A stretch of DNA of 63,599 nt, filler included, from Reticulomyxa filosa (taxonomy: Eukaryota > Protista > Foraminifera), in NCBI GenBank assembly GCA_000512085.1. It is 24 parts of 24 records of this genome, joined end to end, with 100 filler letters (N's around TTAATTAATTAA, not from the genome) between each part and the next. Parts side by side here need not be neighbours in the genome. Positions count along the whole stretch, not along the records: positions 9,720 to 13,337 come from ASPP01015787.1; positions 13,438 to 14,666 come from ASPP01006990.1; positions 14,767 to 18,501 come from ASPP01020229.1; positions 18,602 to 21,213 come from ASPP01027337.1; positions 21,314 to 23,163 come from ASPP01048214.1; positions 23,264 to 32,200 come from ASPP01018222.1; 18 more parts are not named here. One strand, given 5' to 3'. Under the pieces are notes generated by a model, which saw only the letters and a program-made list of their open reading frames with translations, searched no databases and had not been told where the DNA came from. The position numbers and the translations under genes are program-made. Below, piece after piece: positions 11,555 through 26,207 of this stretch (position 1 is its first letter; each line of letters opens with the position of its first letter).

Positions 11555-12037
11555 GACAATAATTGTTTTATTTTTATATTGTAATCATTGTCTTAAGTTC
11601 TGTTTGTGTTGTCATTTGGTTGGATGATTTTGCTGGAGAAGCGGCACATTGGAATCGTGCTGATATTGTATACTTTGCTTCTCCACTGTATGTGAATCGG
11701 GGGAAAGATCTTGTTTTTCTTATTATATTACTGAAAGCATTAGGAAGAAAGAACGATCGAGAAAAAGTTATTGGAATCTTGTCCTGTTCGGGCAAAAAAT
11801 TTTTTGGGTGTTGTTTTTTTCCTTTTTTTTTTCTCTTGAGCTTGTTGTTTGATTGTCATTTTTGTTGGATCGTTAAAAATATGTTAGTTTTTGTGCCTCT
11901 TTTTAAAAATTCAGAAAATGTGGACCATGAACTGATTTTCACATGCACTAACCACATTTTCTGTCATCCAAACGAGTATCGCTATAGGGAAAAGAGTTAA
12001 TAAGGAACTTAAGAAATTTAAGAAGGAAATAAAAAGT

Positions 12038-13260
12038 TTAATGAACCAAATTTAAGTACACTTCATGTCTGAATTGAATATCTCGCAGCCACCACATTTT
12101 CCAAGCGGTGGCTCTCAAATACAATAGATAATGGGGACTTTCTTTCCATCGATGAACAGACAGTCGCACAGGTTTAAAGTGGTCTTTCCAACGCCACCAT
12201 TCAAAACCCACTTCATTAGAATTTTGTTTTTTATTTTTGGAACGTTTGGTAGGGGCTGTTCTAGTATCTATATCGTCATCTTGTGCATTGTTATCTTGAT
12301 CTTCTTCTGCGTCTTCATTTTCCTCTGCCAGTTCTTGGTTATTATCATTTTTATTGTCGCTATCATGATTCGCTTGTGTATTTGTGTTGTGATTTGAGTT
12401 TTGGGAATGATAGTTGCTTTTTTCGTCCTCTCCACTTGCCAGCAAATTTCGAATATCTTTGGGGTCAATTTTAGGGAAATACAATTCAATGTGATGAGAA
12501 CGCAGCCAAGGTTCAGTAACAATTAAAAACTCTTTTAATTTCTCTTCTTTCAGCAAATAGTCTGCAAAAATAATACGCTTTAAATTTGGTAATATTTCAT
12601 TTAATTCGGCTTGACTTTTTGTTGTAACTTTAATATTGTCTTGCATTGGATTGTAAATCAAATATTTCGTAGGTTCCTGATCTTTTTTAATGTCTTCTTC
12701 TTCATTCTCTTGTTTTTTCCCCGTTTTTTCATTATTTTCTGTCCTTTTGGTACGAATATTTGCGTCACTTTGGAACAAGGGCAAAAGCATCCTCAACGTA
12801 TTGAAATCAACGACTAACTTTTTATTATTATTTTACCAAAAAAAAAGTCAAAAAAAAAAAGATTACAACTTCCTCTTTCTCTCTTTGCTCTGAAAAAAAT
12901 TACAAAACTTCGACTAATTTGATACAGTTGTTAAAATCGATATATTCAGTGCAATTGTTAGTTTTTGCATTGTACGCAGACACTTCAGTAGGCGACAGTC
13001 CTCGTATTTCATCTTGATCTGCACTGTTCCCGCTTTGATTGATAAAATCTGGATCTCGTGCTGTACAGCGGAAAAACTCCAAATACTTTGGCAGTACCAA
13101 CGGATGCTTCCAGTTCCATTTCACATCAAACAATCGAAACATGATCATCTTTTCACACATTGCATTCAGCGTTTCTTGTAGCCATTGTTGTCGCCAAGAG
13201 CCTTTCACTGATTCCAATGACAATACTTTCAGTCGCGGAAAATTTTTGCGAATATCATGA
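12038..13260 (-). CDS. Hypothetical protein, 5' truncated, with LRR-like motifs and an acidic low-complexity region
   Basis: Exon HDIRKNFPRLKVLSLESVKG..CIKLVE spliced in phase 0 (GT-AG) to LVVDFNTLRMLLPLF..LPNLKRIIF..; 252-aa terminal ORF. Confidence 0.6.
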
Positions 13261-13437
13261 TTCTTTGTTTTTTTTTTTTTTTTTTAAAATACTATAGCAA
13301 AAGGGAATTCTTAACGCATCCCCGCAAATTCGAAAAANNNNNNNNNNNNNNNNNNNNNNNNNNNNNNNNNNNNNNNNNNNNTTAATTAATTAANNNNNNN
13401 NNNNNNNNNNNNNNNNNNNNNNNNNNNNNNNNNNNNN

Positions 13438-14627
13438 CAAATGCAAATACAAATGCAAATGCAAATGCAAATGAGACAATAAATAAAAACAAAAAAACAG
13501 CAACAACGAAAGTGAAGGAGCAATCCCATCGAAATATAAATATAACATTGAAGACATTTGAAAACGAAAAAGAGACAGTGTCAGTGTATATATTTCGAGT
13601 GGACCGAGATCGACTGTCATTGTATCTGCCATTGTCGCGGTTCATTGTGAATTTGATAGCAGTGTATTCACAAAGTAGCGGCAGGAGTTTGTTGACATTG
13701 GCATCACAGGCAGACTTTGGAGTCGAGTTCGACCGAGTATACGTAGACATGTACTTTGACCAGTTTATGAAACTCGCATCTCTCCTTTCGCAAGCGCGAG
13801 CGCAGCTGTGGAGCCAGCAGAGCAATAAGAATTTAACGGATTTCATCGAGACGTACGAAAGCATGGACTGGTATTTGAAATGGAGAAGCGACGACATTGG
13901 AGGATTGTATCAGGCCTTGGAATGGTTCTCGCCTTCCCATTTCATCTCTCGACTGTTGTATTTCTATCAGCTGCACGATTGGTTTGTATCGACTCCAGTT
14001 CTCGCCGTTACGCCACAAAGTGTGATGGAAGCAGAGTTGGTCGATAAATTTGAATCCGGATGGATGCAATGGAACAGCACGGATCGGACATTGCTTATGG
14101 TGGAAGAGCTATTTTCTTGTTTGATTCAACTCGTCACCGAACCGACATTTCGAGTGTGGCGCTCTATCCAAAATGACGACAATGACAAATGGATCGAGTA
14201 TGACCTCATCCATTGGCTGGCTTTAGACAGTTCCGATTATCGCGAATTGCATAAAAAGCTTTGTGCCTCGCAACAACATATCGATGACACGGCCGCTTTA
14301 AAGCGCGTTGCTGACTATGAGCCACCGCAACAAACCAAAGGAGCCAAGTACTATCTGAAAAGCGAGCTGTGGCCACGAGTCAATCCTTATTTCCACAAAT
14401 ACAAAGTCGATGTAAGACGTAAGATAATCAATTTGAAACGAAACAAGGGTCTGTCGCTGCAGCTGACATTCGAACACTGCGATGCAAATCGTATTGCCTT
14501 GTTGGGGACCTCGTGGATGGCCATCATGTGGACTTGCATATTGCATCATGTCTTTGTCAATGACATTAAGCGATTTACACAATCTATCTTTATTCAATGC
14601 TTGCAATTGATTGACTTGGCTGTTCAA
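13438..14627 (+). CDS. UBR1/UBR2/PRT6-type N-recognin E3 ubiquitin ligase, internal fragment
   Basis: Motifs in the family order: SLYLPLSRF, QARAQLW, PSHFISRLL, MVEELFSCLIQLVTE, LIHWLAL..YRELHKKL, RVADYEPP..KYYLKSELWPRVNPYFHKY. Confidence 0.82.
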
Positions 14628-14910
14628 GTTATATCATATCTATATACATATATATATATATATATANNNNNNNNNNNNNNNNNNNNNNNNNNNNNNNNNN
14701 NNNNNNNNNNTTAATTAATTAANNNNNNNNNNNNNNNNNNNNNNNNNNNNNNNNNNNNNNNNNNNNTATTTTGTGCATTGCTACAATTTTTCAAATTTGG
14801 ATCGTCAGAACTACTTTCAAAAAAGAAAAAAGCAAAAAAGTTCAAAATCTGTCGGAATATAAATGTCGACACCTTTCATGTAAAATATACTGAGTTGTGA
14901 AAAGACCACC

Positions 14911-16419
14911 ATGCAAATATTGCACAGTACTACTAGGAATTCAATATTAGGCCCTTCTTTGTCATTGTGGGTGAGATATTTCCTGCTATTTCCGACCTAA
15001 ACCCACGAACAAAAAACAAAACAAAAACTCAAAATCATAAATATAGAGGATTGGTCAATCAAAATTTTCAGGAAGTGTTAAAAAAGTGAACAAATCAAAG
15101 CCCAATGAAAAAAAAGCACCTCGCGTGGCGTCATCTACACAAAAAAAGGCAACTCCATCAGCGTCTCAATCACCTTTATCACCCCCACCCATATCTTTGT
15201 CTTCACCATCATCGCCAAAGTCATCTTGGTTTGGAATAAAAGCATCATTAGAAGAGGTGTTTTCATCAATGTCAAAAATGCCCCCGTCGATGTCGTTTGT
15301 GAGCCCATTTGGGCACAAAATAACCCCTCCTCCGGTGGCCTATTTGATATGGCACAAACACGACGAATCTAACAATGTGTTGGAGCTCTCCGAGTCGTTG
15401 AAGAAAAGATCGGGAATAATATCAGTGAAATACGACGCGACAGGATGCATAGAAATGGACGGCAACGATGACAACTATGAATACGTAGACTATTTGGAAG
15501 AGGATCACAACTACGGCAATGAACCTGACTGCGAATGTCCTTACTTATGGAAGCATCCAAGTGTTGACGATTATAGCAATAACTCGTCGTCAGTCCAAAA
15601 AAAAACAAAAGCTCAAGTGACAGATAAAAAGTGGCTCGCGTCTACCACCAGCCCAACGCTCGAGCATTGGACGTGGAACTACAAGAAATGCTTGCTCAAA
15701 CTGAGTGGCTACTTCAGTGAAAGGGAGTTACGACATCGCTGCTGTTTTTATTCATATTTGAAGGCCTCACGTAAAGCTTCGCAGAAAGAGTTTTGGAAAA
15801 CATTCCAATTGGATGACGTCTTCCGAGTCGAATTGCAGCTGCTGTGCGTTCATCTGTGGATCATTAAAACCCGTATGCTCGTCTTCCCTGCTCCGATTGC
15901 TCATCAACTCGCATACGAAGTCTTCAAAATACTTTTCCATGAGTTTAAACATCGATTTCGACATGATATGCCATCTGACTCAGTTTAATTTTTTTTTTTT
16001 TTTTTTTACCTTGTTACACTTGCTATCAAACAACCAGACCAAAAAAAAAAAGGGTATTTTTATTTGTTTACTTTGTTTGGTGTGAAATATGTTACACAAA
16101 GTTTGTTCATTGGGAAAACAATTGCCAAATTCAATGTCTAAATTTTGCGTGTGCTTTGGATGACGCAATTGCCATTCCTTCTGACTCTTTGAAGAACGAG
16201 TCTTGGAATGGAGAGGCTCAGAAAGCTGCCTTGATGGAAGTGATTTGGAGGGAAATTTATATGCGTAACTCTGGCACCGACGAACACTTACTTCATTTGT
16301 GGGTTCAATATATTGCCAATGAAATCAATCGCTTAAAGAGAGTCAGTGACTTAAATTTTATTAATGGTTGGTGGACTTTTGGAAAAATACCAACAAATAT
16401 AATTCAAAAAACTGCTTGA
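14911..16419 (+). CDS. CBP3: Ubiquinol-cytochrome c reductase chaperone Cbp3/UQCC1
   Basis: Three exons in phase 0 (ATG 14911; introns ~14971-15046 and ~15983-16101). S/R/K-rich presequence-like N-terminus; FQLDDVFRVELQLLCVHLWIIKTRM, ALDDAI, ALMEVIWREIY, LWVQYI. Confidence 0.8.
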
Positions 16420-17748
16420 TTTTTTTTTACTTGTTATGTTGTATCCTCGTAATTCGGCTTTTCCTTTCGTCCATTTTTTCCTTCACTATTCTTCTTCTCT
16501 TGGTCTCTTTGAGGCCATCTTTGCATATTCCTTTTTTCAAAAGCAAAAGACTTCGTTAGCCTCGATCTGGATATTAATTTATTTGTCGATATTTTACACT
16601 TATATTCCTCGCAAAAAAAATTAAATACACATTTCTTATATATTTTTGTCAGATAACATTTCTTGAAACGTTAATCAAATACTATTTGTAAACACTACTT
16701 AGCAAAAGGTAATGTGATGGCATCAATTTTAGTTAAAGTCAATCTTCTTACAGCCAAACGTTAAAATTTAGAAATGTGATCTGTTAACAAAACTCGTGAA
16801 TCAAAGTGTAAGACAAATATTTGCATTGAACTGATTGCAATAAGAACAAAACATTAAGAATAAAAACATAACAATGCAATAGGCGAGGAGTTTTGGGGTA
16901 CTGAAGTTCAATCTGTAATGTTAAAGTCTTCTTTGTCCAATTCGGTAGTTGTATGTCTAACAATGTGATATAAAATTAAGGCAAAAGAGTTTCTGTCTAG
17001 GTCACTACTTTTAACCCAGAAAACGTTTTTAAAATTCAATGATCAACAAAAATGCGGTATAGTGCACCACTGAAATAAAAAAAAAACTTTCAAAAATATG
17101 TGCAAAATTCTGTGATACTATTTAATATTTGTTCTGAGTGTTTCGTCGTTATAACAGAACACGGTTCATTTGCCCTTTCCGTGGTAAACTGTGCGAAGAA
17201 CGGGGACAAAAAAAAAAACTAAGTACAGTCCTCCGACGGAACAAGGCGGCAAGAACAATTGCTGTTGGGACACTGTAATTAAAAAATCAAGTAGCATTTC
17301 AGTGTACTTTTGTGATTATTTCTGCAAATTCTGTGTTTTGAGTCTACAGAGAGACTCAGGTTATGTAAGAAAATAAGAATCCGAAGCAAAATTAGAAACA
17401 AAGTACCAAAAGGACTGTTTACATATTGAAGGCTTTTTACACACTACGCAACAAGAAAAACAAGTAAAATGAAATGGAACACATAAAAAAACGACAACCT
17501 CTTTTTTTTTTTTAGAGGACGCTCAAACTTGAATAAGTATCTCAAAAAAAAAAAAAAAAAAATGAGAGGAAAAACAAAACCAACAAATAAATTTACATAA
17601 GATGATTTATTTCCGCACGGAATCGAGGATTACAAAAAATTTTTGGACAACATGAACAAGTATCGAGTAAAAATCAAAAAATAAAAAAAAAAAAAAAGGA
17701 GAAATGAAACAAGAAAATCTTATCAATAAAATTTACTGTGAAATGAGA

Positions 17749-18397
17749 TCAAAGATGATCATCATCAAGAAAAGTGGGATAAGAACCACAAGAAGAAGGA
17801 AAAGATTGCGAAGAGAAAAAAGTAGACAAGGGAAACACCGAACTGGACGAGAACAAAGGCGTTAGGGGCGCATTTGCAGAGGTTTTTGACATCTCCCAAC
17901 AGTCGCTACTAACCTTATCGTTGATACATATTTCCGTACCTATGCTCGAGTATGCTTGCGATTGCGTATCAGCGCCCGGACAAAGGGAAGCGGGCCAAGG
18001 CTCGTGATCATAAGAATCTGCAACATTGTCCGTATTGAACAAGGGCATATTTTCATAGAGGGAGGTCGCACTGCTACTGCCTTCCGGGCTAGCAAATATA
18101 TCAGGTGTGTTGTTACGTGATGCAAAAGACCATGGACCACTAACGGGCAAAGTAGGGTCAATGTGCATGAGTGATGTATCATCCTCAAGATACATTTCCA
18201 CTTGTTCTCGATTGGCGCTCATATCCACACACTCGTGCATTCCAATTACTTGAGTATACATATCTGGGGAGAACAATGGATAATGCTGTGTTAACATTGG
18301 CATTAGACAATGCTGACGTTCTTCGATCGTGTCTACCTCTATCACCGTTATTGCGTTTTTCTGTAGTCCTTTTTTGGGCCACTTGACCGCAATCTTG
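17749..18397 (-). CDS. Hypothetical protein, terminal exon (S/P-rich), 5' truncated
   Basis: 198-aa ORF extending upstream to an AG acceptor (KIAVKWPKKG..); more GC-rich than its flanks. No family recognised. Confidence 0.5.
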
Positions 18398-21004
18398 CCT
18401 AAAGTTTTTTTTTGTTGTCATTTTCAAAAGTTAACATTTATACTTTGTCCTTGTTTTCTTGCTTCCCCCTTCCTTGGCTCCAGCTTTGTTTTTTCAATTA
18501 TNNNNNNNNNNNNNNNNNNNNNNNNNNNNNNNNNNNNNNNNNNNNTTAATTAATTAANNNNNNNNNNNNNNNNNNNNNNNNNNNNNNNNNNNNNNNNNNN
18601 NCGCCACTCATTGTCAAATTATTGTCGTTTGGTACATTTTTTATGATTGTATTTGCATTTGCATTTGTATGTATATTTTGCAATAATTTCACCGTTTCAT
18701 ATAGGCCTTGTGTTGAGAGACCAGGAATTCTTGATATGCCTTTGAGTCACTTTCTGCCAAGTCATTCATAAGTCCATGTAATGTCCTCTTAGCTTTACTG
18801 TCGAAAAAGATTGAGTAAGACAGGTACCGCATACTTTCTGATGATGAGTCTGTTTCTTAATGTTCAATAGATTTTCCATGAGTGTTCTTTGTTTTTTTTC
18901 GAAAACGACGTCAAAACTCATTTTTAAAGACAGATTGAAGTGGGATTGATCAAGATAATATGAAAGAAGGATTATTTATATGTTTTGAAAAAATGACGTA
19001 ATTTTTATGTTTAAAACAACAAACGTAAACTGGTAAATATGTATCACGGAAGATAATTTGAACACAGCAGAGGGGGCAAGAAAGAAAAAAAGATGATATT
19101 GATAATCATCAAAATGGAAAGCTGGCAAAAAGACGTCATCTAAATGATGATATTTCTAATATTGCGAAGTTAGAATGTCATTTCTGGTAGTTATTTTGTG
19201 GCTTGAAAAGAGGGAGACCTAACCACAAGGTGTTCAATACTAAGACAAAACACATTTGTTGGTTATCATTTACAAATAGATGGGTTTGCGTCCAAAAAAT
19301 GATTTGGAAGACTCAATAATCAAATGGACATATGAATCTCTCTCCAAAGGAAAATCTGTGGATGTAAGAAAGTATTATGTTTTCCAAAGAGGAGAATGGA
19401 AAGGTTCATACGTAATACAACGAAGAAGTCGGCACAGAGAGGGCCATCTTTACACATCGATAGACAAAGAGCATATAGTGATATCTGTGTGTACTTATCT
19501 CAATATCACAAATCGAAGCATCTTTAGAACATTTAATTACAGCAAAAAAAGACGACACAAAATCGACCACCATTTGATGAAAATTTTTTTTAAATAATTT
19601 CAGTTAACCTGTTATCTTTAATCAAATTAATAAGTGCTCCAAAAGAGCCAAGTGTAAGACTGTGCGAAATTAGGAATTGATTCTTGCCCATTATTTCTAG
19701 CAAAAAAAGATCTCGAGTAATGTCCTCTTGTCGTTATATAGGAGTAGATGACTATAACAGAAAAGATGCAATAAAAAGATGTTAGAATATTGCATTAAGG
19801 AAAAAAAAAATCAAAAGGATGAAGAAAGTGGTAATTGTATTATCAAACTATATTTCGATACAGTAGTTTTGATTGGAACAGAAATGATTTCAATTATTGT
19901 TATCTTTTTTTTTTTAGATAGCACCAACTATGAAATATTTATTAAAAAAAAAAAGTTATTGATATTTTTTCTCATGCATATTCATATACGTTTATAGCAG
20001 AACTAAGCAATAATTTTTCAATTTGTAAATCCCTAATGCCGTACTTGGATTGCAAATGTTTTTGTTTCACAATTGATGGAACAAGTCCATCGATTTTTTT
20101 TTTCATTTCCTTCAAAGGCTTTCACGCATGCACTGTGATGATGATTCATGTATTTCACCAATCAATTTCAACTTTTTCCAATCTTAACAAAAACTTGAAA
20201 ACATATTGTCAATCCTTATCATTTTGTTTGCTAGTTTTTGTTTTTTTTCCCATCGTCAATGTTAATCATTTTTGTTTAATTTGAGCAAGATCAAAGCATC
20301 CCGACTCCACAGTTGTGTCAAGTGGTGCATGAGCACCCATAACCAATTATTCCACAATAATTCAATTTTCGTTACCTGTCTTGAAGACAGATTTCTTTTC
20401 TTCTTGGTACCACGTGATGTATTTTTTTTTGTTTTCGGTACGCTTGAGATCAGAATCAGCACTTATTCCGTCATTCGGAAGATGACATTATTGCTTGATT
20501 CTAACCTTTTTTTTGTTTTCCCCCCCTTGCAATACGTGATCGATGTTGGCCTAATTCAATGAGCAATTCACTGACTTCATTATCACCAATATTTGTTGGT
20601 AATGTAAATTGGGACACGTTGTTAGTAAGAAGAACGCTTGGTTGCGTCAAATTGTAACAAATTTTGTCGGCGTATTGAAATGGTGTAAAGGAGACATGAT
20701 AGAGAATAAGACACTTCCTACGCATGAAATTGTTGTCGTTAAAGCTGTTCCACTGATCGAGAGATTTTTTGATAGTAAGTAAAGATTTACCAAATGCCAT
20801 CAATCCGCGAGATTGAATGCATTGTCTTAATACTTGTTATTGTTTTTCAGATAAATGTACACTCATCCTTGGAGGTTTATTTACTACCACATTCATACAT
20901 AATCAATTCTTCCAAGTGACCAATATATTTTTCCAGAGACACTCGTATCTATAAAAATTTTTCTACCAACAAATAAACAATGCATAATCAGGAATATGGA
21001 TCAA

Positions 21005-21038
<34 letters not shown>

Positions 21039-21489
21039 TTCAAACTTTTTGGAAAGGCAGTGTTTCAACGCATTGACCAAAGTTTCATATTAACACTGTG
21101 AGGAAAAAAAGAGGAACAGAGATGTTCATATTGTTGTATTGTTCTGGTGGACAAGCGTTTTGATTTCGTTTCAATCTGCCATCTCGATAACTGTGTCACT
21201 TTATTTTATTTTTNNNNNNNNNNNNNNNNNNNNNNNNNNNNNNNNNNNNNNNNNNNNTTAATTAATTAANNNNNNNNNNNNNNNNNNNNNNNNNNNNNNN
21301 NNNNNNNNNNNNNTTTTTTTTTTTAAATAAATAAAAAGCAAGTTTTGTTGCAATTTCTGATACCTATATGATTGTGAATAGATTTCCGTTGTTCCAAAAA
21401 TTGGTGACTTTACTCACTCTAAATAAACAAATTAAAAAAAAAAAAAAAAAAGTAGCTTCAAACTTTTTTCTTTTTAAAAAAATTTCTTT

Positions 21490-22560
21490 GCTTGTATTTG
21501 AATGAATGGGTTGAACTATTGGGGGGAGAATATAGATTATACAATTCTGGAAAAAAAGAAATGGTTTGGACACTCGAAACCCTAAAGACACTTGAGAGTG
21601 ACGTATCATTTGACCCCAGGAACAAAAAGAAGTTGAAAATTACTATTTACTTATCGCTGGAACAGAAGGGGAATTAATGGCTAACCAGATGCACATGGTC
21701 CCTCAAATCTCAATGTTATGAAAAAGAAAAACGTAAAGTCCAGGAATACTCGTGAGGCAACGATAGATGAGGAGAATTTGGAGTATTTGAATCATCACGG
21801 AATATGTTACATATATGACATGACAGACAATCTCCAGTATTGGATGATTGTTGAAAAAGAGCATGTTGCGAAAACGGCGGATTGCCATCACATAACACTT
21901 TCTCGCCTTCAGTTTTTCGAAATTACACATCACAACATCGCCCCAGCTTGTTTGAATACTGCCAAATCGATGATGGTCCATACAACGGACAATAAGCACA
22001 GCAAATTCTCATTTGATTTTCAAGGAAAGCATTACGGCAAAAAACGAAAGGGAGAACAGATATTATTAATTTCCTTTTTTTTATTTTAAAAAAAAAAATT
22101 ATGGTAAAAATAATGGACACTATTATTGTAGTGTCATGATTCGCATCAATTACAAAAATTTTTTGCTGAATTGGAAATTTCGGAAATCCATACGTGCGAC
22201 ATTCATCCGATCGACGTGTGTTGGAATTCAAATGCACCAAGATCTTCACTTTTACGAAAAAGGACTTTTAAGACATGTCTTATGCCGGAGTCATGGAATA
22301 AGCTGCAGAAAATAATAATAGTTCATTCATCACGATATGTACGGCGCGAAACAGCAGACAAGCCACTTTCTTGGAGAACACTATGCGCAGCAAGGTAAAC
22401 CCTTCCAGGCTCGGAGAGATGCTAGAAAGTTGAAACTAATGTATTTGTCCACCATTGTTGAGGCTGTTCGGACTTGTGGCAATACCTTCAAAAGTATTGA
22501 TGAAAGTAAACTGAAACTTGCATTTGATTTACATAGCGCACATAAGCCCATGCCACAACA
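21490..22560 (+). pseudogene. Fragmented coding remnant, unidentified family
   Basis: Successive protein-like ORF pieces (YLNEWVELLGGEYRLY.., HHGICYIYDMTDNLQYW.., KLMYLSTIVEAVRTCG..) broken by stops and frame changes. Confidence 0.35.
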
Positions 22561-23351
22561 TACAAAATTTTTTTTTCAAACTGACTTGAACAACTGTCAT
22601 GCAGTGAAACCTTTGAAAAGGAAAAAAAAAGTCGAACACGCGTTCTCTTACATTAATTGTGCTTGCAATCCAAGTTCTTTTCTTTCTCGCCATTGTCTTT
22701 ATTATCTTCTTGTTTCTTTCTGTTATACGTATTTTTTCTTGTCATCTACTCGAGATCCTTTTTTTGCCAGGAATGGTGGTAAAATCAATTACTATTTCGC
22801 ACAGTCTTATGCCCTCTCTTTCAGATTTAAAATATTAAAGTTTAGAAATTTTTTTTACGATGATTATAATTTGATCAAGTTATCAAATGAGCTGGAGGAG
22901 AATATTAAAAGAAATACCAAAACAACTACAATTCGCACACAAAAGACAAAGTTTTTCAGTCAAAACATTCGAGGGCAAGTATTAAACACTTGCGATCAAA
23001 AATGCCACTAATTTGTCGTTGTTTGCGTTTCGTTTCGCTGTTCTTACTGGCACCGCAACAACAGCAACTTTCTCGATAAAAAGGTATTGTATTCTTCACA
23101 CCTATATTTTATACGTGAGCATTGATCACACATGTTTCAATCAAAACATATAAAAAAAAAAAANNNNNNNNNNNNNNNNNNNNNNNNNNNNNNNNNNNNN
23201 NNNNNNNTTAATTAATTAANNNNNNNNNNNNNNNNNNNNNNNNNNNNNNNNNNNNNNNNNNNNAGGGGGGGGGGGAGGTTACGTTGATATAAATACAATC
23301 GAAATAATATAACAAAATTGTAATGCTTGACGTGTGGTTGGCGTGGAACAG

Positions 23352-24231
23352 ATTTATGTAATAGATTTTGGCTTGGCCAAACGCTATCGAGATCCACGCA
23401 CGCACCGCCACATACCGTATGTGGAAGGCAAGTCGCTGACTGGAACAGCGAGATATGCCTCCATTAACACTCATTTGGGAATCGAACAATCGCGCAGAGA
23501 TGACTTGGAATCGCTTGGTTATGTGTTGATGTATTTTAATCGTGGACAATTGCCATGGCAGGGCTTGAAGGTTTGTTGTGATAGACACTTTTTTTTTGCG
23601 TTGGGGGAGGGGGGGGGGAGGGGAAAAAGTTCTTTTAAACCGTACATGTGGGCAGCTGTGTTTTGTTGTTTGTTTGGCTTTGACGAGAAAAGGCCAATAC
23701 AAAAAAAGATAAATATAATCGAATTGCGGAGAAGAAAATGTCCACTCCAGTGGACACATTATGCAAACATTTTCCGACAGAGTTTGCCACATTCTTGAAT
23801 TATTGCCGAGCTCTTCGATTTGATGACAAACCCGACTATGCTTATTTGCGACGCTTGTTTAGGGATCTCTTTTTTAGACAAGGGTATGCGGCGGATTATC
23901 GATTTGACTGGACGGTATTAAATTATCAAAAACACGAAGGCTCGACAGAAAAGCAACGCAGTGCTCGTAATGTCAATGAAAATGCTAAACCACAAGCCCC
24001 AGAAAAAAATGAAGCGAACCAATCAGGGGAAGAGGAACGCACAAAACAGCGATCTTATCAAAAACAAAACTCAAACTCACGAACCAAAGACAAAAGCAAA
24101 AATGGAGGTTTGAAGAAAGAAGGGGAAAGAGAGAGGGAGGGTTGAATCTATTTTGAAATGTGTTCATATCTATATTGTTGTGTACGCATTGCATGTTAAT
24201 AGATCCTGGAAATGGTGAATCAAAAAACTAA
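23352..24231 (+). CDS. CK1: Casein kinase 1, C-terminal half, 5' truncated
   Basis: [67 protein letters not shown] | intron | [42 protein letters not shown]. Confidence 0.97.
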
Positions 24232-25060
24232 TGACAAATGGATAAAGTTGCTTTTTACTTTGCCTTCCTCCTCTTTCCAATTTTTCAACTTCGTTTGCAA
24301 CTTGTTTTGAGGCAATTACATAAGAAAATGCTTGTAACTAAGTTTGAAGGAAACACGGGACAAAACGAGTACCTTTTGACTTGTGTTTATTTTTGTTGAT
24401 TGTTTTGTTCTGTTCATTCTCATCCTTTTTCTTCATTTGTTTTTCTCTTTTTTGATGGTAGGTTCATTTTAATGTGCTGAAGTTTTTTTTCCCAAAAATA
24501 ATCTTTTGTGAATCACATCTCTTCGAAAAACGCTAAAAACAAACGGACAACGTGATGTAACATGTTCTGTTGTGCTGATAACATATGTGCGTTGAATTCG
24601 TTTTGTTTTTTTTTGTTTTTGCTGGAAGGGTGCGGTTTGATTTGAGAAAAAAAATAGGTGTATGATTTTTATTTTCGGGTGTATTTTGTGGACGACTGCA
24701 AGGATCAGGATGAAAATGTTTCCACTATTTTTTGTTTTTTTCAACATTGTGAGAGACTGGATTTCAATGAGTCACTATCAGCTCTGTCTTGTAGTACAAA
24801 TACTTGTAGTGTTCATCTCGTATTTCTAATCAATACAATTTAGTGATCACTCGAAATTAAATTCAGAGTGTTTGATTATTAAAAATTATTATTTCATTTA
24901 TCAAAAGGACTGAAGTTATTCTGTGAAAAAATAGTGAGTTTAAATGTTAAGTTTTTTGAAAATGTGTTTCAGTTAACAAGCCGTAAATTTTGTTAAAGTA
25001 ATAAATGAAATTTTTGAAGACACCAGATAACAAGCAAACCAAAAAGAAACCAAATCGGTT

Positions 25061-25828
25061 TTATAGATATCCCTCATCAATGAGATAAGTCACAAGACAA
25101 TAAGTCGCAGGGATAGCAGCTCCAGCAAGGGAATATCGTAGTACTATCGTCCAAGGGTCTATGTCAAGCAAATATAAACATTTTTGTATTGAATGTGAAA
25201 TTAATATTTTTTAGACTTCCGAGTAGAACCAAAAAAAAATAAAATAAACTGAAAAATTTGCAAAGTGCCCCAGCAGATGCACCAGAGATTATTAAATTAG
25301 CCGATGGATTTACTTCAGGAGTTATTTTTGGATAAAAACGTTTGAACGATACAAAATAGCAAGCTGTAAAAATTTCAATAATAGTAACGTTTTTTTTTCT
25401 CATTAACAACATAAAAAGATGATTGGTTACCTAAAACAGCAAACATATTGGCATTTTTGGCACTCAATTTAGTGGCATGATTGAACACCGAATTGAGCTT
25501 TAATCGCAGTGGAATTCCTGGCTGGGCCACGCGAAACCCTTTTAGTGCGCCGTACACTCCACATGCCAATAAGCCACTAAAATATGCTATTCCAACTCTA
25601 TTTGTTAGCTCTCCTACAAATGTTAATCCAGTTTGCTTTGGTTCCAATCCCATCGGCAACGCTCCAACCTTTTTTTTTGAAAATGTATTGCTTCAAAAAA
25701 TTTCCAGAAATTTCGGCCTAAAACAATCGCAAGCAAATAAAAGAAAAAAAAGGAGGACATACGTCTAAATTTGATAGATCAGGTAGACTAATGGAGAAAC
25801 TATTATCGCTATCATCTTTGTATGGCAT
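25061..25828 (-). CDS. TIM23: Mitochondrial inner-membrane translocase, Tim17/22/23 family (Tim23-like), 4 exons
   Basis: VGIAYFSGLLACGVYGALKGF...PLRLKLNSVFNHATK..AKNANMFAVLA..NLIISGASAGAL. Exons join through GT-AG introns from ATG 25828 to TAA 25061. Confidence 0.85.
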
Positions 25829-26207
25829 TGAAATTTGGACTAGTTAAGTTTCAATGTATAATCATGATTAAAAAAAAAAAATACAATCTGGCAATGTCAA
25901 TATAAAAGATTAAAGAGCACGAGACGCACTACGTGAAAAATCTATTTCACGATACTTGTGATGTGAATTTTTCGATAGAGGATGTCTCCCTTACGAACAG
26001 CTCTGAAAAAAGATATGACATTAGGATTTATTAATGAAAAGTGCCAATTAAATTTATATGAAATACTTTGAATTGTTGAAGAAATTCACACGATTTCCAA
26101 AAAATTTTCTCGGAGATTCTCCATATCAAAAACATTAAAAAAGACGGAAGGGAAAAAAAAAGAGTGTGATATTTCAAAGGTGATGGTCAATCCAGTCAAT
26201 GAATGAA

